DNA of 64,000 nt from a virus, in IMG/VR virus record IMGVR_UViG_3300036770_000877, positions 40,500-104,499 of that record; one strand, written 5' to 3'. A program made the position numbers and the translations under genes. The stretch's first letter is position 1; the number at the start of each line of letters is the position of its first letter. Below are positions 31,996-39,829 of the stretch, piece after piece. Below the pieces are notes generated by a model that ran no database searches, was not told the DNA's origin, and was given only the letters and a program-made list of their open reading frames with translations.

Positions 31996-32208
31996 ATGAC
32001 AATAGATAACACTGGGGTAATTGATATCAGAGTCGTAAGGCAATGGCTTGATACTCGCACAGACTTTTCCCATAATGTTTCTTGCGGTGTCAAGCTACTT
32101 GCTGGTTTTGACGACGACGGAGTATATCTTTTTTGTCTAGAATGTAGTGATAGAGTGTATGTAGGAATGGACACATATAGAACAATGGAACGGGAATTAA
32201 ATGGCTGA
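31996..32208 (+). CDS. Hypothetical Zn-binding protein
   Basis: CLEC motif; leaderless after TTGACA-N17-TACAGT. Confidence 0.6.
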   Translation: MTIDNTGVIDIRVVRQWLDTRTDFSHNVSCGVKLLAGFDDDGVYLFCLECSDRVYVGMDTYRTMERELNG

Positions 32209-32386
32209 AGAAAACGACAACATCTTACTTGGAATCTATATACAACTATCAAGGGTGTATGATATGCTTATGATAATAGCAGATGGTGTTGGTAAAGGTG
32301 AAGAAGCATTAGAGATTAGAAATCTACATGCAGAAGGAAAGATTCTCACACCACCGCCATCATTAGTGGAGGATGAAGATGCCTAA
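32201..32386 (+). CDS. Hypothetical protein
   Basis: ORF track, coupled to neighbours. Confidence 0.6.
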   Translation: MAEENDNILLGIYIQLSRVYDMLMIIADGVGKGEEALEIRNLHAEGKILTPPPSLVEDEDA

Positions 32387-32555
32387 ATATTTTGTCACAT
32401 TGAATCTGGAAGTGGATATTAATAAGTATGACAACATAGAGGCCATAGTCGACTCTTTTGACCTAATCGGTTCTGCTGAAAACACAGAAGTGTTAGATGT
32501 TAGTTACGAGAAGGAAGAAGAGTTTGAAGATGACTTCGAAGAAGAAGAATATTAA
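32379..32555 (+). CDS. Acidic hypothetical protein
   Basis: GGAGG RBS, E/D-rich. Confidence 0.55.
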   Translation: MPKYFVTLNLEVDINKYDNIEAIVDSFDLIGSAENTEVLDVSYEKEEEFEDDFEEEEY

Positions 32556-32595
32556 AAAATAATCCCCCAGGATTTCTCCTAGGGGATTATTTTTT
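32554..32595. terminator. Bidirectional intrinsic terminator
   Basis: AAAAAATAATCCCC...GGGGATTATTTTTT between convergent genes. Confidence 0.8.
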
Positions 32596-32603
32596 AGAGC
32601 TTA

Positions 32604-33401
32604 TTAGCCCTTTAGAGCCTTGAATGTTTTTTGATCAACAATACCAGTCTCTGGAAGACCTTTGGCCTTCTGAAATGCTTTTACAGCCTTTTCTGTTACT
32701 GGACCAAAGTCTCCGTCATCCTTAAGTTTTAGAGCCGCTTGAACAACTTTTACTTTTTGTCCTTTAGATCCAACTTTTAGATTAACAAACTCCTTTGGCG
32801 CAGCAGGTGCTGCTGGTTTAGCTGGTTTAGCAGGTGTTGCAGAAGTATCAGAAGATCCAACCTTAGACAATAGCGGTAGGTTTTCTTCGCCAGCATATAC
32901 TGGACGACCCCAACCAACTACAGCATTAATTAGCTTCTTCTTGTTATTCTTTACATATGCACGAGTTTTCTCTACGCACATACCACCGTTACGCTGATCC
33001 CCTTTAGCAGTTCCTGAAGTATTTCCTTCAATGACTTGGATTGTTCCATCGCCATTATTTTTAATACAAAGACCTACGTGTGAAATACGATTTACTCCAT
33101 CATCTGGGAAATCGAAATAAATCCAGTCTCCTGGAGTAGGATCATCGTTACGAGCATCTGCCCAACGATTATTTTTCTTAAACCAATCAGACGCTGCAAT
33201 TGTTGCAGCAGTTTTAGGGTACTTCTTTGGATCTAGTCCAGAAGTAAATGCACACCAAGAAACAAATGATTGGCACCATGGAAGAAAGTTTGCACCTGTC
33301 CACTTTCCATACTTTGTCTCGTTGTCTTTAGGACCTTCAATAGTCCCAACTTCCTTTTTAGCAATTTCAATAATTGCTTCTAAAGATCCCTTTGTTGCCA
33401 C
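32604..33401 (-). CDS. Endolysin: CHAP amidase plus C-terminal peptidoglycan-binding domain
   Basis: PWCQSFVSW, SHVGL, IEGNT; DGDFGPVTEKAVKAFQ...TGIVD. Confidence 0.9.
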   Translation of the reverse strand: MATKGSLEAIIEIAKKEVGTIEGPKDNETKYGKWTGANFLPWCQSFVSWCAFTSGLDPKKYPKTAATIAASDWFKKNNRWADARNDDPTPGDWIYFDFPDDGVNRISHVGLCIKNNGDGTIQVIEGNTSGTAKGDQRNGGMCVEKTRAYVKNNKKKLINAVVGWGRPVYAGEENLPLLSKVGSSDTSATPAKPAKPAAPAAPKEFVNLKVGSKGQKVKVVQAALKLKDDGDFGPVTEKAVKAFQKAKGLPETGIVDQKTFKALKG

Positions 33402-33403
33402 TA

Positions 33404-33715
33404 CTACTTCACCGTCTTCTTAGATGCTGTTTTCTTAGCTGCTGATGTAGACGCTGCTGTCTGTAGTTTCTTTGTTGCTTCTGCAGCAACTGATGTTGCT
33501 ACACGACCAAATGCTGGGTCCTTCTTATTCGCCCAACGGATTAATGTTGGAACGGCAGATGACCAAAGAGCATTTGCTACTAGTAACCATTCAGATGCAC
33601 CAAAATCAACTGGTGATCCGACATTAGCTGTTTGCATTACGATTACAATAGCACCTACTACTTGACCAGCAAGGTTACGTGCATATGAATCTAGCATTGC
33701 TTTATTGATTGACAT
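33404..33715 (-). CDS. Putative holin
   Basis: 2 TM segments, basic C-terminus, directly upstream of endolysin. Confidence 0.7.
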   Translation of the reverse strand: MSINKAMLDSYARNLAGQVVGAIVIVMQTANVGSPVDFGASEWLLVANALWSSAVPTLIRWANKKDPAFGRVATSVAAEATKKLQTAASTSAAKKTASKKTVK

Positions 33716-33774
33716 ATATGTTTTCTCCTTCTAATATCCTCAATGGATATTATATATTGTATCAGATAAATAAA

Positions 33775-33869
33775 AAATGAGCAGTTTACATGGCCATGCT
33801 CAGGGCCCTTATGCCCGCACTAAGCTATCCGCAAGAAAGGTAGAACGGAAAGTAACACGGCGGTGCACA
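33775..33869 (-). ncRNA. Putative sRNA: long hairpin with anti-SD loop plus 3' pseudoknot
   Basis: Own promoter TAGACA-N18-TATAAT (33904-33875); stems GUGC/GCAU, CCGC/GCGG, GUUA/UAGC, UCCGU/GCGGA; loop UCUACCUUUCUU; ends in pseudoknot plus U-tract. Confidence 0.6.
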
Positions 33870-33882
33870 TATTAATTATAGC

Positions 33883-34305
33883 CTATTTTATTTTAATTTG
33901 TCTAGGCTTTTTCTCTTCTGGAATTTCTCTTTTTAGAACTACATAGAGAATTCCATCATTGTAGTCAGCAGAATCTACTTCCCAATACTCCCAAAGAGTA
34001 ATAGTTTTAGCAAACTTCCGAGTTGCAATACCCTTATGTAGGTACTTTGGCTCTTCTTCCTGCTTTTCTTTTTCTCCTGAGATAGTTACAACATCGTCTT
34101 CGATCTTGATGGTTAGCTCGTCCTTTGCAAAACCAGCGGTAGCTAGTTCAAGGACACGAGTATCCTCATCGATTTCTCTGATATTAAATGGCGGGTATGA
34201 ATCCTGCCATGATGTTGCCGTAGTAGTCCATGTTTGATTCCATAACTGATCTACGAACTTGAATGGGTCATAAATGCTGACCATTGAGTTATTGTAATTT
34301 ACCAT
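33883..34305 (-). CDS. Small heat shock protein Hsp20 (IbpA-like)
   Basis: YPPFNI, LATAGF, YLHKGIATRKF, ADYNDGIL, IPEEKKPRQIKI. Confidence 0.92.
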   Translation of the reverse strand: MVNYNNSMVSIYDPFKFVDQLWNQTWTTTATSWQDSYPPFNIREIDEDTRVLELATAGFAKDELTIKIEDDVVTISGEKEKQEEEPKYLHKGIATRKFAKTITLWEYWEVDSADYNDGILYVVLKREIPEEKKPRQIKIK

Positions 34306-34310
34306 TTTTG

Positions 34311-34327
34311 CTCCTTTATTAAGCGAG
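34311..34327 (-). promoter_or_regulatory. ROSE-like RNA thermometer over the hsp20 RBS
   Basis: mRNA CUCGCUU-AAUA-AAGGAG: UCGCU pairs with the SD leaving a bulged G. Confidence 0.65.
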
Positions 34328-34333
34328 TTTAAA

Positions 34334-34360
34334 TTAGCACTCCCCGAAGCAGAGTGCCAA
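34334..34360. promoter_or_regulatory. CIRCE element (HrcA operator) upstream of hsp20
   Basis: TTAGCACTC-N9-GAGTGCCAA, 1 mismatch to consensus, just downstream of a TGATATAAT -10. Confidence 0.9.
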
Positions 34361-34524
34361 CTATATTATATCATCTGGATAGAGGTCTAGCCAGTCTGGG
34401 CCATCTTCCCTATCACATCTACCATCATTTTTTTTATTTCTACTCATATAATCATAATATCATATGGAGTGATCAGTGCGCCGAAAATATGACACCCCCA
34501 ATAAATATGCCGTATAATAGCTAT

Positions 34525-34869
34525 ATGAACCTATACGATCAATTAACCCCCGTAGAGAAAGCCTACCACGATGCCTTGCTTTCAGTAGTAGATAAATTTG
34601 GACCTTTCGATAAGGGCAGCGGATCTGTCTGGGTCGGATATGAAGATGGCTCTAATAATGAAAATGCCTCCATTGGAGTAAAATGCGGAAACTGCTCCTT
34701 CCATGTAGAAATGCAGGGGATGTCAGAGCTAGGATGTAAAATTTTATCCTTTAAGGTAGAAGAAAATGGATTATGTAGATTGGCTGCTATTCCAGATGGA
34801 TTAGTGAATGCCGAAAATGATAACACCGATAATGAAAATATGGATAAATTCTGGAAGGGCATATTCTAA
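34525..34869 (+). CDS. Cys-rich hypothetical protein (HiPIP-like Cys spacing)
   Basis: CGNC...C...VEENGLC; leaderless after TATAAT at 34513. Confidence 0.55.
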   Translation: MNLYDQLTPVEKAYHDALLSVVDKFGPFDKGSGSVWVGYEDGSNNENASIGVKCGNCSFHVEMQGMSELGCKILSFKVEENGLCRLAAIPDGLVNAENDNTDNENMDKFWKGIF

Positions 34870-35249
34870 TGTATACTTATTACACTAAAATTGAAAATGT
34901 CGTCGATGGCGACACTGTAGATGTTTTTATCGATCTTGGCTTTAAGGTATGGAGATCAGAGCGTATTCGCCTTGTAGGGGTAGATACAGCCGAAAAGAAT
35001 ACTCCCTATGGCAAAGCTACCAAGGCATACCTTACCCAACTTTTGGCGGGGAAGCTCGTAAAACTCGAAGTCTTTAAACCAGATAAGTACGGTAGATACC
35101 TAGGTAAGATATATATCAATAGCGATATTTCGATCAATGACCAAATGGTAGCTAAAGGTATGGCTAAGGGTTATATGGGAGATTCCAAAGTAGGACTTTG
35201 GACTCAAGAAGAGCTTAATAAGACTACTATAGATATTACTCTGGAATAA
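34869..35249 (+). CDS. Thermonuclease (SNase-like)
   Basis: VVDGDTVD, RIRLVGVDT, DKYGRYL. Confidence 0.88.
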   Translation: MYTYYTKIENVVDGDTVDVFIDLGFKVWRSERIRLVGVDTAEKNTPYGKATKAYLTQLLAGKLVKLEVFKPDKYGRYLGKIYINSDISINDQMVAKGMAKGYMGDSKVGLWTQEELNKTTIDITLE

Positions 35250-35780
35250 AGTCATCTAGGGCAAGGAGAATTTCTCTTGCTATCCCGTCGAAATTTATTG
35301 ATCCATTATTAAAATACTTACCTGACTGTATAAGCTTTTGTAGCGTATCAGCTAGATATTGCTGTTTTGTCATATCCCGTCCTCCTAATTTATTAGACGT
35401 AGATAATCAATTATAAGTTATATAGTCATTATTAGCAAAATACTCTATATGCCCTGTTTATTTATATATTGGTATTTTGTTAATAAAATTTTAAATTTTA
35501 CAAAGGTGTTTTCGTATATAGCTATGGGATCCTATTTTGAAAATCCCCCCACCCTTTCCATATTTACCAAAATGTTAGTAAATTTTTAATTTGTATGATG
35601 CAGCATTTTGCGATGTCCGATTTGTCCTAATAGCGAGCACAGATTTGTGAGCAAGGTCACAAAGTTTTTTTTCAAAATGTCCGATTTATCCGTGTTGTCC
35701 CCTTGAAAATGTCAGACCCCTCTGCTAGACTTTAGTCATAGAAAGTTGATAAAGGTTATCAACAAAGAAAGGAAAACAAA

Positions 35781-35993
35781 ATGTTTTCACTAAGTTATAA
35801 AATTCAATCAAAGTCCGAAAGTAATGTGTTCGGCACTTGTCTAGGTGTCGTGTTCGATACCGAACAAAAGGCTTGGTCATATCTTGACCTAGTAGAAAAG
35901 GATAACTACATCCTTGAATGTAATCTAAAAGAATTAGAAAACTACAAGCCTAGCAAGCGTGTAGTATTCGCTACTACTAGAAGTTGGGAGTAA
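35781..35993 (+). CDS. Early hypothetical protein
   Basis: AAGAAAGGAAAA RBS after the first promoter. Confidence 0.75.
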   Translation: MFSLSYKIQSKSESNVFGTCLGVVFDTEQKAWSYLDLVEKDNYILECNLKELENYKPSKRVVFATTRSWE

Positions 35994-35997
35994 TTCA

Positions 35998-36198
35998 ATG
36001 AATGAACAAACTCTACTAACTAAAATGGGTTTCTCTACTCATTCCGCCGTTTCATCTTCTATCGTATCCGATGGGTGGGAGCGTTTTGCCACCTGCTCAA
36101 AATGCGGTTTAGATATATCTGCCTTTTGGGTAGATGATGAAGACCGCCTTAGCGGTTGGTCATCTTGGAAAGCCACTAGTGGCTTATGCCAGGCGTGA
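35998..36198 (+). CDS. Early hypothetical protein (CxxC)
   Basis: ORF track. Confidence 0.6.
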   Translation: MNEQTLLTKMGFSTHSAVSSSIVSDGWERFATCSKCGLDISAFWVDDEDRLSGWSSWKATSGLCQA

Positions 36199-36305
36199 TA
36201 TAAATCACATCCAGCTCTCGGCGTGTCGCCTTGATATTGTCGGGAGTATCTGATAGTATTTACATATACAAATAAATAAATAAGAACCTAAAGAAAGGGG
36301 ACAAA

Positions 36306-36506
36306 ATGTCCGCAAATGTATATTCAATCGAAAACCTATTAGTAGGTAAAACCTATCGCTCAAATAGCCTAACAGGTGAAATAATCTCAGCCGAGCCTCA
36401 CCCTAAAGGTGTATGGTATGAGGGTTGCGATTCCTACTTAGTAGAAATCCGTAATGCTAATGGCGGTTATTCTTATCGCACAATAGCGGTAAAGGTAGGT
36501 GAGTAA
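36306..36506 (+). CDS. Early small beta-rich protein
   Basis: AAGAAAGG RBS; paralog of 39294..39509. Confidence 0.75.
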   Translation: MSANVYSIENLLVGKTYRSNSLTGEIISAEPHPKGVWYEGCDSYLVEIRNANGGYSYRTIAVKVGE

Positions 36507-36508
36507 TA

Positions 36509-36667
36509 ATGAAAATCACTTACTCAATATGGCAGGGCTCTATTATCAAGGGCTCAGGATTCACCGCCTCTAAAATGTCGGAGGTCGCTGATACAATAAA
36601 AGAACTAAACGCAACAGACACTAAACCAAAGTTTGAGGCGTATATTAGCAAAATCGAACAGAACTAA
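36509..36667 (+). CDS. Early hypothetical protein (52 aa)
   Basis: MKITYSIWQG...; below the ORF-track cutoff. Confidence 0.55.
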   Translation: MKITYSIWQGSIIKGSGFTASKMSEVADTIKELNATDTKPKFEAYISKIEQN

Positions 36668-36685
36668 CGAAAGGAAAACTAAAAA

Positions 36686-36850
36686 ATGGAAATACAAATC
36701 GAATTCTCAAAATGGGGTTTTGGTTTTTACTCTGATTTTCTTGCGCTAGATTTTACTTGGGGTTTTCTTGGCTCTCTTGTAGTAATCTATTTCGTAAATA
36801 AAATTCTAAAGCGTAATGAAATAAAATTATTTCGTAAAAGAGTAAAATAA
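36686..36850 (+). CDS. Early small membrane protein (54 aa)
   Basis: GAAAGGAAAA RBS, one TM, basic tail. Confidence 0.6.
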   Translation: MEIQIEFSKWGFGFYSDFLALDFTWGFLGSLVVIYFVNKILKRNEIKLFRKRVK

Positions 36851-36851
36851 A

Positions 36852-37022
36852 ATGATGACTAGAAAAGACTACATCACCGCTGCGGATATTCTAAATCAAG
36901 CATATCCAGAAAATCCCGAACTAATTTTAGAGATGGCTTCTGATTTCTCTGATTATTTCGCAAAGGATAATCCTAGATTTTCCCGCCCTCGATTTTTTGA
37001 GGCAGTAAAAAAGGGCTGGTGA
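36852..37022 (+). CDS. Early hypothetical protein (MTRKDY...DNPRF type)
   Basis: Motif pattern seen in small phage proteins. Confidence 0.65.
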   Translation: MMTRKDYITAADILNQAYPENPELILEMASDFSDYFAKDNPRFSRPRFFEAVKKGW

Positions 37023-37065
37023 GATAACTCACAAAACTGATCGGCGTGTCGCCTTGACAAATCTG

Positions 37066-37089
37066 CGACACGCCCGACAGCGGCGGGCC
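37066..37089 (+). repeat. 24-bp GC-rich repeat CGACACGCCCGACAGCGGCGGGCC, copy 1
   Basis: Identical at 39103 and 40344. Confidence 0.95.
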
Positions 37090-37091
37090 TT

Positions 37092-37107
37092 TCGAACAGA
37101 TGTTCGA
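37092..37107. promoter_or_regulatory. Actinobacterial SOS box (LexA site)
   Basis: TCGAAC-AGAT-GTTCGA, perfect match to TCGAAC-N4-GTTCGA. Confidence 0.8.
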
Positions 37108-37252
37108 TTTAAGAGAGCCCCAAAATGTGGTGTAAATCACAAAACAAAATGTCCGATTTATCCGATTACTGGTCAGTAAATGTCAGTGGTCTATGGTAGG
37201 ATACTAGGTATCAAGATGAGATAAAGGTTATCTCAAAGAAAGGTGGTCTAAA

Positions 37253-37465
37253 ATGGCTACATTAGAAATATTCGAAATGAACGAAAATGGTGCTGGTTGG
37301 GTATCATTAGAAAATGCTTCACAATCTACAAAACTAGATTTGGAATTAGCAATCATAACAAATGCTCCCGTGCAAATGTTGTGCTTCAAATGTCATACAC
37401 CAATTCCAAAAGGAAATGTGTGTTTCAATCATAAAAATGTGAGAGGTGGTATCTACCTTGACTAA
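37253..37465 (+). CDS. Early Zn-finger-like protein
   Basis: AAGAAAGGTGG RBS, CFKC...C..H. Confidence 0.7.
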   Translation: MATLEIFEMNENGAGWVSLENASQSTKLDLELAIITNAPVQMLCFKCHTPIPKGNVCFNHKNVRGGIYLD

Positions 37466-37564
37466 AGATGTTTTTGGATTTGAAAATGCAATTCAATTAG
37501 ACCATTTAACTTTAGAAGAGTTAAAAGAATTAGAAAATATTTTAGAAAAAATAAAATAATTTTT

Positions 37565-37637
37565 GGTGCGTTAGATTAGTGGTTAAATCACTACACTGTC
37601 ACTGTAGAGATCATGGGTTCAAATCCCATACGCATCG
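37565..37637 (+). tRNA. tRNA-Asp(GTC)
   Basis: Acceptor GGTGCGT/ACGCATC, anticodon arm CTACA-CTGTCAC-TGTAG, GGTTCAAATCC; no encoded CCA. Confidence 0.85.
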
Positions 37638-37644
37638 CTAGCTG

Positions 37645-37668
37645 CGACACGCCCGACAGCGGCGGCCC
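37645..37668 (+). repeat. 24-bp GC-rich repeat, copy 2 (1 mismatch)
   Basis: CGACACGCCCGACAGCGGCGGCCC. Confidence 0.92.
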
Positions 37669-37677
37669 TGTGGATAA
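37669..37677 (-). promoter_or_regulatory. DnaA box
   Basis: TGTGGATAA = TTATCCACA on the minus strand, intergenic; second perfect copy at 48052-48060. Confidence 0.55.
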
Positions 37678-37851
37678 CTTTGTCAATACGACACGCCGTA
37701 AAAACGCTGGAAATTTTTGTGATTTCTAACACAATGTGACGCACAACACATGTGATGTGGCTCACAATGTCCGATTTATACCTATTTTCGGCGGGAAAAT
37801 GTCAGTCCCCCCTGCTAGAATTGTGGCATAGAAAAAAGAAAGGATAACTAA

Positions 37852-37980
37852 ATGAAAATTTGTTGCTTCTGCGAAATTGACTTAGATAATGACGCTAAGT
37901 TTTGCTGGAATTGCCTAGAGTATAAAGGCGTAATGTCCGTTGAGGATTTTGAAAAATACTATGGAGAAAGGATTTCCTAA
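37852..37980 (+). CDS. Early Zn-ribbon peptide (42 aa)
   Basis: AAGAAAGGA RBS; CCFC...FCWNC. Confidence 0.65.
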   Translation: MKICCFCEIDLDNDAKFCWNCLEYKGVMSVEDFEKYYGERIS

Positions 37981-38072
37981 TGTCAGATTATCTTGATTAT
38001 CTAGATGAAATCTACGAGGAACTCGTAGACGAATTCGGTCATGAAATTGAAAGTAATTGTATTCATGACTAA
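37980..38072 (+). CDS. Early acidic peptide (30 aa)
   Basis: AGAAAGGA RBS; MSDYLDYLDEIYEELVDEFG. Confidence 0.55.
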   Translation: MSDYLDYLDEIYEELVDEFGHEIESNCIHD

Positions 38073-38171
38073 AATGTGAGGTATCTCACACCGACACTAG
38101 GGGCTAAATCCCCCAAAATGTCAGCCCCCAATGCTAAAATTGTATCCATAAAATAAAGAAAGGAAGTCAAA

Positions 38172-38354
38172 ATGACTTACACGATTAGACTAGAAACCTT
38201 CAATGGTTCAGTATCCAAAATCAACCTACCTTCTAAAGGTGCGGTTGCTCAATTCATCAACACTTATCCAAATCAACTCCCTGTCGGTATTTCCGTCAAG
38301 TTTGATTGCGACTTGCTCGGTGTTCGTGGTGTTCTAAAAGGAAAGGGAAAATAA
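38172..38354 (+). CDS. Early hypothetical protein
   Basis: Promoter at 38119 plus AAGAAAGGAA RBS. Confidence 0.75.
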   Translation: MTYTIRLETFNGSVSKINLPSKGAVAQFINTYPNQLPVGISVKFDCDLLGVRGVLKGKGK

Positions 38355-38355
38355 A

Positions 38356-38547
38356 ATGGAACTTTCTACACTAAATAAAATCAGCGATTTATTCAAGCAA
38401 CTAGAGGAAAAAAGATTTCCTAATAGTTCATCAAATAGCACGACCTCAATGGCTCGACAAATCGGCACAATGTCGGTTTTCGTTTCAGAAAAAAATGCTA
38501 AGCAAATAATTAAAATGTTAGAAAGAGAAATTGGAGAAATTGAATAA
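38356..38547 (+). CDS. Early hypothetical protein
   Basis: ORF track, GAAAGG RBS. Confidence 0.65.
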   Translation: MELSTLNKISDLFKQLEEKRFPNSSSNSTTSMARQIGTMSVFVSEKNAKQIIKMLEREIGEIE

Positions 38548-38699
38548 TGAAAAAAAATGTTTTAATCTCGTATGTTGTAGAGGCTGATACCGACCTATCC
38601 GCTATCTTTGCTTTACAAAAATCCCTGCGCTATTTACCTGATAGCGAATTAATTAAGTTTGACGCTTTCGAAGTTCTAGAAGTAAAGGAAAATAAATAA
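38547..38699 (+). CDS. Early hypothetical protein (50 aa)
   Basis: TAATG coupling on both sides. Confidence 0.6.
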   Translation: MKKNVLISYVVEADTDLSAIFALQKSLRYLPDSELIKFDAFEVLEVKENK

Positions 38700-38968
38700 T
38701 GATTAGCACCGCTCTAAAAATTCAAGACGCAACACAAAAAGCCGTTATGGATGAAAACATAATGAAAATGGCAGGCTTTATTTATACTCATAGAAATGAT
38801 GTTGATGACGAAATGATGGCTAAAATCATTTTTGAATATTCCGCAAATTTATCTGCTCTCGTTGCTACTTTGGTAAGCGAAGCAATTTTATCAGAAACCC
38901 AAATGAAAGAAATGATTTCAGAAATCGAAAGTTTTGAAAAAATTTCTAAAGAAGTTTTAGGAGAATAA
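38699..38968 (+). CDS. Early helical protein
   Basis: ORF track. Confidence 0.7.
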   Translation: MISTALKIQDATQKAVMDENIMKMAGFIYTHRNDVDDEMMAKIIFEYSANLSALVATLVSEAILSETQMKEMISEIESFEKISKEVLGE

Positions 38969-38969
38969 A

Positions 38970-39083
38970 ATGACAACAAATAGAATTTTAACAACGCTGG
39001 TTCAATTAATTTTAGCTGGCGTAACAATTCCACTTTTAATTTTAGCGATTAAAGATTTTAAACACGATCTAAAAAATAGATAG
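38970..39083 (+). CDS. Early single-TM peptide (37 aa)
   Basis: AGGAG RBS, hydrophobic stretch. Confidence 0.55.
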   Translation: MTTNRILTTLVQLILAGVTIPLLILAIKDFKHDLKNR

Positions 39084-39102
39084 TTTAATTTTCAACTAAA
39101 TC

Positions 39103-39126
39103 CGACACGCCCGACAGCGGCGGGCC
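39103..39126 (+). repeat. 24-bp GC-rich repeat, copy 3
   Basis: Exact copy. Confidence 0.95.
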
Positions 39127-39293
39127 TGATTTGTCCGATTTACGGCATTATGTCCGTTTTGCCAGAATTTCCAGATTTTTTTGTGAAATTTATCACACGA
39201 CACGCCGTATCAAAATATGAGATTACTTACGAGTAGGTTGAAAAATGTCAGTGGGTTTTGGTAAACTTGTAGGTATAAAGAAAGGAAAAACTA

Positions 39294-39509
39294 ATGCGTT
39301 CATACTCAATTGTAGATTTGCTAGTAGACCAATACTATGCGCCTACTTCTCTCCGCCGTCGTTTCAACGGAGGTATCATAAACTTTGCGGAAAAGCGTGA
39401 AGATGTCTATTTATCTGAAGGCTATGAAGCCTTCGCTATTCGCTTCCGCCCTACGGGATCTTTTCAAGACCAATGGGCGACAGTTGCCGTCAGGGTTTCC
39501 GACTACTAA
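39294..39509 (+). CDS. Early small beta-rich protein
   Basis: AAGAAAGGAAAA RBS; paralog of 36306..36506. Confidence 0.75.
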   Translation: MRSYSIVDLLVDQYYAPTSLRRRFNGGIINFAEKREDVYLSEGYEAFAIRFRPTGSFQDQWATVAVRVSDY

Positions 39510-39557
39510 ATGTCGGAGGCTTCTGCTAGACTTGTTCTATAAAGAAAGGAAAAGAAA

Positions 39558-39719
39558 ATGTCTGCTATAAAAAGACTAATTGAAAACATACTCGCTTGTG
39601 ATACCTGCTATGGAAAAGGTTTTATGGGTTGGGTTTCTCCAGACGGAGACTATGACTTTGAGTATTGCGATTGTAATCCTCATAACCTAGTTTTGGAAGG
39701 AAGCGAGGTAATTTTCTAA
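39558..39719 (+). CDS. Early Zn-finger peptide (53 aa)
   Basis: Promoter at 39511, RBS, CDTCYGKG...CDC. Confidence 0.65.
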   Translation: MSAIKRLIENILACDTCYGKGFMGWVSPDGDYDFEYCDCNPHNLVLEGSEVIF

Positions 39720-39829
39720 TGGAAATTTTTCTCTGCGATAAATGCGATACTCTCGCCCAAGTATCCCGAATTGGTGATACAATAAAAATAACTAAGTGTG
39801 CTTGCCTAGCACTAGATTGGAAAGACTAA
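39719..39829 (+). CDS. Early Cys-rich peptide (36 aa)
   Basis: CDKC...CAC, TAATG coupling. Confidence 0.5.
   Translation: MEIFLCDKCDTLAQVSRIGDTIKITKCACLALDWKD

Noticed and set aside
37981-38002. TGTCAG as another PafBC-type promoter
   Set aside because: No TAnnnT at the 10-nt spacing; it is the start of a small ORF
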